The notes under the pieces: model-generated | The model's input: the letters and a program-made list of their open reading frames with translations, nothing else | The model's database searches: none | What the model was told of the DNA's origin: nothing | Source of the DNA: a virus | Reading direction: 5' to 3' (one strand) | IMG/VR virus record: IMGVR_UViG_3300025117_000032 | DNA length: 64,000 nucleotides | Shown: positions 57,433 through 64,000 of the stretch, one piece after another | Position numbering within the stretch: the first letter of the stretch is position 1 | Layout of the letters: each line of letters begins with the position of its first letter | Position numbers and translations under genes: made by a program

Positions 57433-57636
57433 TTACCTCTTACTAGAAAAGTCTCCCCAATTACCCAAGGCAACCCAAAAATGTTCCACAGTCAACCTCT
57501 TGTAATTACCCTCTTTGCATCTTTGTGCCATCAAGGTAACTTCACGTTTGAGATGATCTTCAATCATCACCAAAGCATCGGCACCAAGTTGAACATGATG
57601 TTGCTTAAAAATATTCTTGATCTCGCCTTTTGTCAT
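57433..57636 (-). CDS. Histone-fold protein
   Basis: a1 GEIKNIFKQH, L1 VQL, long a2 ADALVMIEDHLKREVTLMAQRCKEG, L2 YKRL, a3 TVEHF; hydrophobic register fits prokaryotic histones. Confidence 0.65.
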   Translation of the reverse strand: MTKGEIKNIFKQHHVQLGADALVMIEDHLKREVTLMAQRCKEGNYKRLTVEHFWVALGNWGDFSSKR

Positions 57637-57661
57637 AATCTATTTCTTTCTATTTAAAGTT

Positions 57662-57750
57662 TGGTGCAGGTGACAGGATTCGAACCTGTGCGGGAATTTC
57701 TTCCACCCGATTAAGAGTCGGATACCATCAACCAACTAGGTGACACCTGC
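57662..57750 (-). tRNA. tRNA-Lys(CTT) with long variable arm
   Basis: TCCGA-CTCTTAA-TCGGG, V arm GGAA-GAAA-TTCC, CCA. Confidence 0.85.
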
Positions 57751-57757
57751 AAAATTT

Positions 57758-57834
57758 TGGTGCTTTCGGTGGGATTCGAACCCACAGCTATTCGGTTAAA
57801 AGCCGATTACTCTACCATTTGGAGTTACGAAAGC
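57758..57834 (-). tRNA. tRNA-Lys(TTT)
   Basis: TCGG-CTTTTAA-CCGA, CCA. Confidence 0.9.
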
Positions 57835-57839
57835 ACGAT

Positions 57840-57915
57840 TGGTATGGGTGGTGGGAGTCAAACCCACATTATCAACGCTTATAAGACGTTTGCTTTATCG
57901 GTTAGCTACACCCAT
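57840..57915 (-). tRNA. tRNA-Ile(TAT)
   Basis: AACGT-CTTATAA-GCGTT, A73 CCA. Confidence 0.8.
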
Positions 57916-57922
57916 ATAATTT

Positions 57923-57998
57923 TGGTCGGAAAGGCGAGGTTCGAACTCGCAACCCCCCGCTCCCAAAGCGGGTGCGCCGCCAATTGCGCCACTTCCCG
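57923..57998 (-). tRNA. tRNA-Pro(TGG)
   Basis: CCCGC-TTTGGGA-GCGGG, CCA. Confidence 0.92.
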
Positions 57999-58006
57999 AA
58001 AAATTT

Positions 58007-58082
58007 TGGCACCCCTGACAGGATTCGAACCTGTGTGTGTCACTTTAGAAGAGTGATGCGTCTTCCACTACGCTACAGGGGC
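58007..58082 (-). tRNA. tRNA-Arg(TCT)
   Basis: TCACT-CTTCTAA-AGTGA, CCA. Confidence 0.92.
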
Positions 58083-58092
58083 ACAAGTTTTT

Positions 58093-58215
58093 TGCTCCAG
58101 GCGGTTAGCCGCTACCATTTTCATGGGAGCCTGATTTGTGGTGCGCGAACCAATGGCGATTTCTTCTCTGCCCCGATGGTGCTACACTTTTGTCAGGCAT
58201 ATTATTACCGGAGCA
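58093..58215 (-). ncRNA. Unknown stem-closed RNA
   Basis: TGCTCCGG/CTGGAGCA, GCCTGA/TCAGGC, GCGG-CTAA-CCGC. Confidence 0.5.
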
Positions 58216-58222
58216 AGTTTTT

Positions 58223-58358
58223 TGGTTAGCTTTGCAGATCGCTATTTGTCCTGACCCTTTCCCCAGCTTATGGAACCATTGACGGTTAACCCACAAAGCA
58301 CGACTAACGGGGTACATTCATGAGGCAAGCGATCTAGGTCTACGTTACAAAGCCAACC
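58223..58358 (-). ncRNA. Unknown GGTT…AACCA RNA
   Basis: GGTTGGCTTTGTA/TGCAAAGCTAACC-A; AGATCGCT/AGCGATCT. Confidence 0.55.
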
Positions 58359-58370
58359 TTTTCAAAAAAG

Positions 58371-58458
58371 AGGAACCTGTGTCAAATTGATGAGATCTTC
58401 GCATGGGTCATCACCCCCACACCGCGTTCTCCAACGATCCTACGCGCACAAGGTTCCC
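58371..58458 (-). ncRNA. Unknown stem-closed RNA with U tail
   Basis: GGGAACCT(T)GTG/CACAGGTTCCT, CGCGT/ACGCG, TGATGA/TCATCA. Confidence 0.5.
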
Positions 58459-58463
58459 ACTAT

Positions 58464-58546
58464 TGGCGCTGACGGTAGGGCTCGAACCTACATTGAGTTT
58501 CCTCTTCGATTAACAGTCGAATGCCTAGCCATTAGGCTACATCAGC
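58464..58546 (-). tRNA. tRNA-Asn(GTT) with long variable arm
   Basis: TTCGA-CTGTTAA-TCGAA, V arm GAG-GAAA-CTC, G73 CCA. Confidence 0.88.
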
Positions 58547-58855
58547 GATTCTAAAATGTATCTCTTTGTGGCAATTTAAACACACTAGAATACATTTTTC
58601 AATTTCAGTTAAATCTCTTTCTAGTGTGCGAGTTGTTCCAGACCCCAATTTGTAATTTTTTTCCTTTGGGTCAAGATGGTGAAATTCTAATGCACCTACA
58701 CACTTATTGTATCCACACTTTTCACAAACGCCGCCTTTACATTCAACCAAAAATCTTTTTCTTTCTTGGCGACACCTTGTTACCCTGCAAGCATCACAAA
58801 AATTTCCCCTATTTACATCTTTTCCGCATCTTCGGCAATTTTTCATAGTTAGCAC
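58532..58855 (-). CDS. HNH endonuclease; stop inside tRNA-Asn
   Basis: KGGVCEKCGY..C..ALEFHHLDP..K…EIEKCILVCLNCH.E.H. Confidence 0.85.
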   Translation of the reverse strand: MLTMKNCRRCGKDVNRGNFCDACRVTRCRQERKRFLVECKGGVCEKCGYNKCVGALEFHHLDPKEKNYKLGSGTTRTLERDLTEIEKCILVCLNCHKEIHFRIADVA

Positions 58856-59012
58856 CCTTCGCTAACTATAAATATCTAACCGTTAGAGCCAAAACCTGTG
58901 CCGTGATTTTTTGGCGTTGCGGAAACGCGCATTGGGAAACCACGGAAACCAAAATTTAGAAAGGTGGTCTTTATTTATTGAGGCACCAAACTTTCCTCAT
59001 CGACCAGTTACC

Positions 59013-59041
59013 AATATATATCATCCAGCAAGGAATGTAAA
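59013..59041 (-). promoter_or_regulatory. sigma70-type promoter heading tRNA/ncRNA transcript
   Basis: TTTACA-N17-TATATT with upstream T tract. Confidence 0.7.
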
Positions 59042-59397
59042 CAAAAAACTCAAAGTTTTTTCAAGAATTTTCGTCAACCAGTTTTACCCTATACCCCAAC
59101 TTGGCTTCAATCTCTTCCATGGTCATTTCAGCATAACCTTCTCGTTTGGTTTGTTTGACCGTAAACCCACACCCCTCAACCATGATACAAGGAAAGGTAA
59201 GAGGAACACTGTTCACCGATACTGCGCTTGCAACAATAGTATCCATGGTTGCCGGAACTTCACAATACATGACTGCTGCAATAGCCGATACATGGTTTGT
59301 GTCAGAAAACAGGCCGGTCATTCCAACATAGTAAGCTTTACCATTCAAAACGACCTTATAAAAACTAGTGTTCATTTCTGTAACCTCTTTCTTTGTT

Positions 59398-59462
59398 TGG
59401 TGCCCACAGCAGAATTCGAATCTGCAACCTTTGGTAATTCGCTTGTCCAAAACATATTAAGC
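59398..59462 (-). pseudogene. tRNA-like element lacking D arm
   Basis: Perfect T arm GCAGA-TTCGAAT-TCTGC, TGTGGGC-A-CCA; TTTGG/CCAAA stem with 12-nt loop. Confidence 0.55.
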
Positions 59463-59468
59463 CCCCCC

Positions 59469-59807
59469 TTAGCTTTCGTTTACAAGCTCCACGATTCCCT
59501 TTACATCGATACCTCTACCATAATTGTCCATGGCGCAAGAGATATCCTGAATCGTGCAAAGTCCCATTTGACACCCCGTAATAAGAGAACACATATCTTC
59601 GATGTTTTCCTTGCAAACGTCCTTGTAAAGCAGCCAAATTCGACTGCTGTAGATTTCATTTTCATCCAACCAAAGGATGTAAAATGCGGAATCCCAATTT
59701 ATTGGAAGCCTCATCAACTGAATCAACACAGTCAGGGCACCAGGGTTTCCTTCGGACATCTTGGTGGCAATGCCCAACGTTGAATCGGTAAGGTTTAGCC
59801 TTGACAT
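59469..59807 (-). CDS. Conserved phage hypothetical protein
   Basis: KMSEGNPGAL.V…LD…IY.S.IW.LYKDVC. Confidence 0.6.
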   Translation of the reverse strand: MSRLNLTDSTLGIATKMSEGNPGALTVLIQLMRLPINWDSAFYILWLDENEIYSSRIWLLYKDVCKENIEDMCSLITGCQMGLCTIQDISCAMDNYGRGIDVKGIVELVNES

Positions 59808-60162
59808 TTCTGTTACCTTTCTTCTGGTAGTGGAAAACCATATTCCCTTGGATCGGCAAAAAACACCTGGGCACGTTCGGCTAAACGATGTTCGCCAGCA
59901 GGATCACCAGGATGATAATTTGCCATCCAAAACAAAGTGAATTTGCATCGCCCAAGTTTGTCTGTCGCACTTTGGTATTCGATCCTTTGTTTTGACTTCA
60001 TTTCAGATCTCCTTCGAGAAAATGTAAACCAAGATCCCAGCGTTTCCATCCACACGCTCAATTACCCAATTCTCGTTCAAAAGACGTTGAATATCAAGGG
60101 AAAAATTCCATGGGGATTTATCGTCACTCTTAAAGTAAACAACCCGATAGTTCTTCATTTCC

Positions 60163-60477
60163 TTACCGCGCCTTTCCACTTTGAACGTCTGCCAGGGTGG
60201 AATAGTCATCCCAGAACCGATCACGTTCGATCTTCAGCCCGAACATTCCCTTGATACTCTGCAATTCATCAAGAGTAAAGTAACCAAACTCTCTCTCAAG
60301 TCCATCAACCATACCGAAAAACGTGCGGGTTTCGGGATCGTATTCGGTTGCATACCAAGTCCAATTCGTCCAGGGGGTGAAGAACTTTGCGAACACCCGA
60401 ACCTCCGCAGGAGCCTTCCCATCGTTCGCATACAGAGCGGGCAGCTTCTTTTGGATTTCCTTGGTCATGAGCATCAT
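60163..60477 (-). CDS. DUF2958 family protein
   Basis: KFFTPWTNWTWYATEYD…FFG.VDG…EFGYF.LDEL…IERDRFW. Confidence 0.75.
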   Translation of the reverse strand: MMLMTKEIQKKLPALYANDGKAPAEVRVFAKFFTPWTNWTWYATEYDPETRTFFGMVDGLEREFGYFTLDELQSIKGMFGLKIERDRFWDDYSTLADVQSGKAR

Positions 60478-60482
60478 TTCTG

Positions 60483-60603
60483 TTTCTCCTTGTTCAACGC
60501 CTATCTCAACCACAACATCAATATCGTCTATTTTGGGAGAAATGTAAACAAAAAAATGAAGAAAATTCGAGAAAGTTATAAGTTGTTTGTTTTCAACAAG
60601 TTA
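60483..60603 (-). repeat. Early-promoter module, copy 3
   Basis: Near-identical to 42575..42690; TTTACA-N17-GATATT at 60520..60548. Confidence 0.8.
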
Positions 60604-61076
60604 GATGCTGTTGTGCTGTCCAGATTACACCAAAAAACGTATCCCAGAAAGTTGACTAGTTCTATATGGGATCGTTAATTTCCATGGGATTCGAACCCAT
60701 ACCACCAACATCTAAGTTAGGAGCATAAACTATTTTTGGAACAAAGTCAAGGGAAAAATGAAAGAAACAAAAATGAGGCACTATTTACTGATTGGTCTTG
60801 CTCACTAAAGACAGGGGGAGTCTGGGCAACTCCCCCACTTATGCGAAGATCGTTCATCACTTGCACTAGACTTTCTCTCCCAATACTAGTTCCTAAGCGT
60901 CCTGCAACCTTCCCTATTAAATATCCTGGTCACAGGTTTCATCGTAAATTTTAGCCAACTCCACGATCATTTCTTCGTATTCAGTGTGACAAGATAGGTG
61001 TCTAATTTTTTCACCTATGACTATCTTATCCTCCTGTTCTTCTATCTCCTTTAGGCAAAGAGAACAAACCAAATTG

Positions 61077-61439
61077 TCACTCATCTGGACCGGCACCAAA
61101 CAGAGATTCTAGCCATGTGTTTCCACCGATTTTATTGAATACATCCACCACAAGATCGATAGACCATCCAATCAAAGCTTCCTCAACAAAGTCTGGAATC
61201 CAAGGGATATCAACTATGTCATTTACAAGTCCAACAGCTACAGCTTTCTTGTCTTCACTTGCAAGGGGCTGAATTGTATCAGCGTAAACTTCGATCTTCT
61301 TTACCACATCTTGGATTATTGCATAAACAGCGAACACCGCTTCTGGGTTAAATTTACCCAGGTTTCCCAGCTTGATCTTTGTTTCCTCAAAATCCGCAAA
61401 CAACTCTTCCGTAATCTTCTTTAGTTCTTCTTTTGACAT
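61077..61439 (-). CDS. Hypothetical protein (possible lysis accessory)
   Basis: GGAGG RBS; EDKK..AV…VDIPWIP..VE. Confidence 0.55.
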   Translation of the reverse strand: MSKEELKKITEELFADFEETKIKLGNLGKFNPEAVFAVYAIIQDVVKKIEVYADTIQPLASEDKKAVAVGLVNDIVDIPWIPDFVEEALIGWSIDLVVDVFNKIGGNTWLESLFGAGPDE

Positions 61440-61585
61440 TACTTTACCTCCCAGAATGCGTGTTTTATATACAAGACATAAAACAACCTTTTTAGCTGTC
61501 TATTTATTAGACCTTTAACAAAGGTGATATCTTTGTTGTCCAACTCTTCTTTCAAAAGAATTGCGTCTAATTTCCTACTCATTAA

Positions 61586-61885
61586 CTATACCCTAACCTT
61601 TTTTTCGACCTTTGGTGGGTTAGGTGGTAAACCACCGTTTCCATCATCGGAATTCATTCCGTCTTTTAATCCACTAAACAGATAATTCAAAGACTCAGTA
61701 AAGAAGTTTTCTATGCTTTCCCAAGCACCGGCAGTTTTACTTCTGCCGAACTTGGTCAAAAAGGCACCGGAAGACCAGCCTAGCATATAAACACGATCAT
61801 TGGGTAATATTCTTGTCAATATTGTTAGACCAATGCTGATCGCCCCACCTATTGAGATTATTTGTGTTACCATGTTCCAATCCAT
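61586..61885 (-). CDS. Small membrane protein (holin-like?)
   Basis: N-terminal TM, basic C-terminus. Confidence 0.45.
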   Translation of the reverse strand: MDWNMVTQIISIGGAISIGLTILTRILPNDRVYMLGWSSGAFLTKFGRSKTAGAWESIENFFTESLNYLFSGLKDGMNSDDGNGGLPPNPPKVEKKVRV

Positions 61886-61902
61886 AATGCACCGCCTTCT
61901 TT

Positions 61903-62589
61903 TTAATAAATAGCTTGGTTGTCATAAAAAACTAATTTATCAAGTTCTTTTTTAAATTCACCTAGTTCACGATCACTCTTTGAACGATTTATTGATCTGT
62001 CACACCAACAAACATTGTTTGGGTCTATTGCTAATTCTGGGTATTTTTTCCTTGGTTTTATGTGATCAACAGAAGCGTTGATCCCCAAGATAAGATCAAG
62101 ACCAGTGTAGGCACATTTATGGTTTTGTTGTTCAAACAGGGTTTTTAGATGCTCCCAATGTTTGGATGAACCAAGATTTTTACGAGAACACGCCTTGAAC
62201 CAACATTTTTCACAAAGCAATTTGTTATTTTCCATCAATTGCGATCCACAATGAATACACAAGCATAACTCCTTATATTTCTCCCTATGTTTTTTAAGAA
62301 TTAGATTAGCTCTATCTCTGTTGTTTTTGCCCCAATCTTTGTGGAGTTGCTTTATCTTATCTTGGTTTGCTTCATAGTAATTTTTGTTATACCCACTCAT
62401 CTTATCTTTGTTTACTTCACAATAGTTTTTGCGATGTTGTTTTATTTTGTCTTTGTTATTTTCTCTCCAATTTTTCGTTGCAAGACAACCACAACTTTTG
62501 CAAAAACCTTGTAACCCATCTTTGCTAGTCTTATTTGTATAAAACTGATCAATGGATTTCTCAATCTTACACTTAGAACACACCTTCAA
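61903..62589 (-). CDS. HNH homing endonuclease
   Basis: MKVCSKCKIEK…F…DGL…CKSC; CAYTG…SVDHIKP…N…IN..KS. Confidence 0.85.
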   Translation of the reverse strand: MKVCSKCKIEKSIDQFYTNKTSKDGLQGFCKSCGCLATKNWRENNKDKIKQHRKNYCEVNKDKMSGYNKNYYEANQDKIKQLHKDWGKNNRDRANLILKKHREKYKELCLCIHCGSQLMENNKLLCEKCWFKACSRKNLGSSKHWEHLKTLFEQQNHKCAYTGLDLILGINASVDHIKPRKKYPELAIDPNNVCWCDRSINRSKSDRELGEFKKELDKLVFYDNQAIY

Positions 62590-62637
62590 CCCTGTTTCAA
62601 AATTAGCTTTTATAATACACCACCCATCTAATAAGTG

Positions 62638-64000
62638 TTAGTTATTGGCTAGATACTTAATTCTTATGTACATCATTTTAGCTGTTGTTGCAGTTGTTCC
62701 TGATACCGTTGATGCTTGTTTATTATACCATCTCATAGCCACCTGATCACCCCTATAAATTGGAACACTAGACATTGTTCCATCGGCAGATAATTCTATA
62801 TCCTCAACCAACCTAAATGTTTGTGAATAAACCGAAACACCTGTTGTTTGCCACGCCTTAAATCTAGCAGTAGAATATTCTCTACCAAGATAATTAGCCT
62901 CATCACCAACAGCGTTAAATGAGTGCGTATTTGCAGACCAATAAACATCCATATACCCAAGTATTGGCATGGAAGATGATATGCCCATACCATAATCAAA
63001 GGTTATGGGGGTTCCAGTTACCCAATTCATGGGTACATGCCATATGGTTTCTCCAAACCCTGTAGTTATTGGGGTAGACCCAGACGGGGTTATTGACACA
63101 CTCATATATCCATACTGGTATCCAGCACCAAATGACATTAGTGGATATTTGGTGAAGTGTAATGTACTCCATAATTCAGCACCGGCATTTAGGTATTCAT
63201 ATTTGTAAGTTCCGCTTGGGTAGGATAATGATGTTGCCGACATGGCACCAAATTGCACACCACCACTAACAGACAGATCCCCCTGTATTTCAACATCCCC
63301 CCAATGATACATATCGCTAGAAGAAAACCGCTGTTCGAATCCTCTATGCCCAACACCCCAATAGTCAATGGTAACTTGGGCATCATTTCCGCCGGCACCA
63401 CTCATTGGATCATTGAAATGTATCATCAAGTCTGATATGTATTCTGAAGTTGATGATCCAGACCAGTTGGAACCATCGTCTGACATATCCAACCATGATT
63501 GATGCCAAACTTTTGTTCCGCCTGTCTGCAAAACAAAATTATGCCTATTTGTTGCAGACCAACCTGTGTCTGTATTTTTCTTCCAAGCTAAATACCCACT
63601 AGTGTATGAGATGTTTCCTGGTGCTGTTTTATCTCTATACCTCATCGTGAAATATCGCATCTTGTTTGCAAACAAAATTGTGCTGGCATTTTTTAGTGGA
63701 AAATATAAACCATTTCCAGTATAGACTCCTGGCACCACCAATGCAACATCACTCTGCAATATTTGAAGATTCCCGGTATTTGTCTCTATCTTTGGATAGG
63801 TAGCTGCGTATGATCCAGTTATTGTGTATTCGTCGATGTTATTGTTGTTGAAATCATCAAACCAGAATGGAGACCAGCCAATTTGTGGACCCTCATATCC
63901 ATCTTGCCCTATCATAGTTTCGGTGGGGGTTAAGTCTGCTTTTAGTGGGTTTATCTTTTTGTTTATTTGTAAGGCACCACCACCATCATCTGCTGTTGCA
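62638..64000 (-). CDS. Virion structural (tail fibre/baseplate) protein, 5'-truncated by window edge
   Basis: Frame remains open from 63915 to the window end; Ser/Thr/Gly/Tyr-rich beta composition. Confidence 0.55.
   Translation of the reverse strand, partial: ATADDGGGALQINKKINPLKADLTPTETMIGQDGYEGPQIGWSPFWFDDFNNNNIDEYTITGSYAATYPKIETNTGNLQILQSDVALVVPGVYTGNGLYFPLKNASTILFANKMRYFTMRYRDKTAPGNISYTSGYLAWKKNTDTGWSATNRHNFVLQTGGTKVWHQSWLDMSDDGSNWSGSSTSEYISDLMIHFNDPMSGAGGNDAQVTIDYWGVGHRGFEQRFSSSDMYHWGDVEIQGDLSVSGGVQFGAMSATSLSYPSGTYKYEYLNAGAELWSTLHFTKYPLMSFGAGYQYGYMSVSITPSGSTPITTGFGETIWHVPMNWVTGTPITFDYGMGISSSMPILGYMDVYWSANTHSFNAVGDEANYLGREYSTARFKAWQTTGVSVYSQTFRLVEDIELSADGTMSSVPIYRGDQVAMRWYNKQASTVSGTTATTAKMMYIRIKYLANN

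Noticed and set aside
58955-59010. RNase P-like GAGGAAAGT or preQ1-like hairpin with A-rich tail
   Set aside because: Too short for RNase P and lacks its 3' conserved element; loop lacks the preQ1 ligand-binding C
50820-59462. Trans-spliced split tRNA from the 5' half at 50820 and the 3' half at 59398
   Set aside because: Acceptor strands ACGACCG and TGTGGGC and the anticodon stems are not complementary
60675-60740. Additional tRNA gene
   Set aside because: Only a T arm (ATGGG-TTCGAAT-CCCAT) is intact; no acceptor pairing or CCA, at most a relic
1-64000. Reverse transcriptase, DGR, retron, Cas or integrase genes
   Set aside because: No such motifs recognised in any ORF of the window

Overview
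64 kb of a large T4-like (myovirus/jumbo) phage genome, almost all transcribed from the minus strand, standard genetic code, Shine-Dalgarno RBSs. 1-30 kb is a T4-type morphogenesis module: tape measure, tail tube gp19 (inverted), gp26/gp51-like pair, sheath gp18, gp15/14/13, a second capsid paralogue with an inserted discoidin-like domain, major capsid gp23, scaffold gp22, intein-containing protease gp21, portal gp20 and intein-containing terminase gp17, plus several homing-type endonucleases. 30-62 kb is an early/accessory region with sigma70-type promoters, many small ORFs (DNA methyltransferase, RtcB, KTSC, phosphoesterases, exonuclease, a histone-fold protein, acidic peptides, HNHs) and about 29 tRNA genes covering all 20 amino acids; many are structurally non-canonical and they are interleaved with a dozen unannotated stem-closed RNAs. 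Main novelty: a ~0.9 kb in-frame insertion in the terminase intein is a dense array of host regulator sites (9 near-consensus sigma54 -24/-12 sites in both orientations, two identical Fur-like boxes, two sets of CRP/FNR-geometry motifs), a candidate DNA decoy or regulatory hub hidden in a self-excising protein segment. Also notable: a shared N-terminal MKKSELKKIIKE..L.E leader on seven unrelated proteins (candidate capsid-targeting signal), a late-promoter motif that is the reverse complement of T4's, a D-armless tRNA-Tyr and class-I tRNAs with long variable arms. All calls come from reading the sequence by eye; no searches or folding programs were run.
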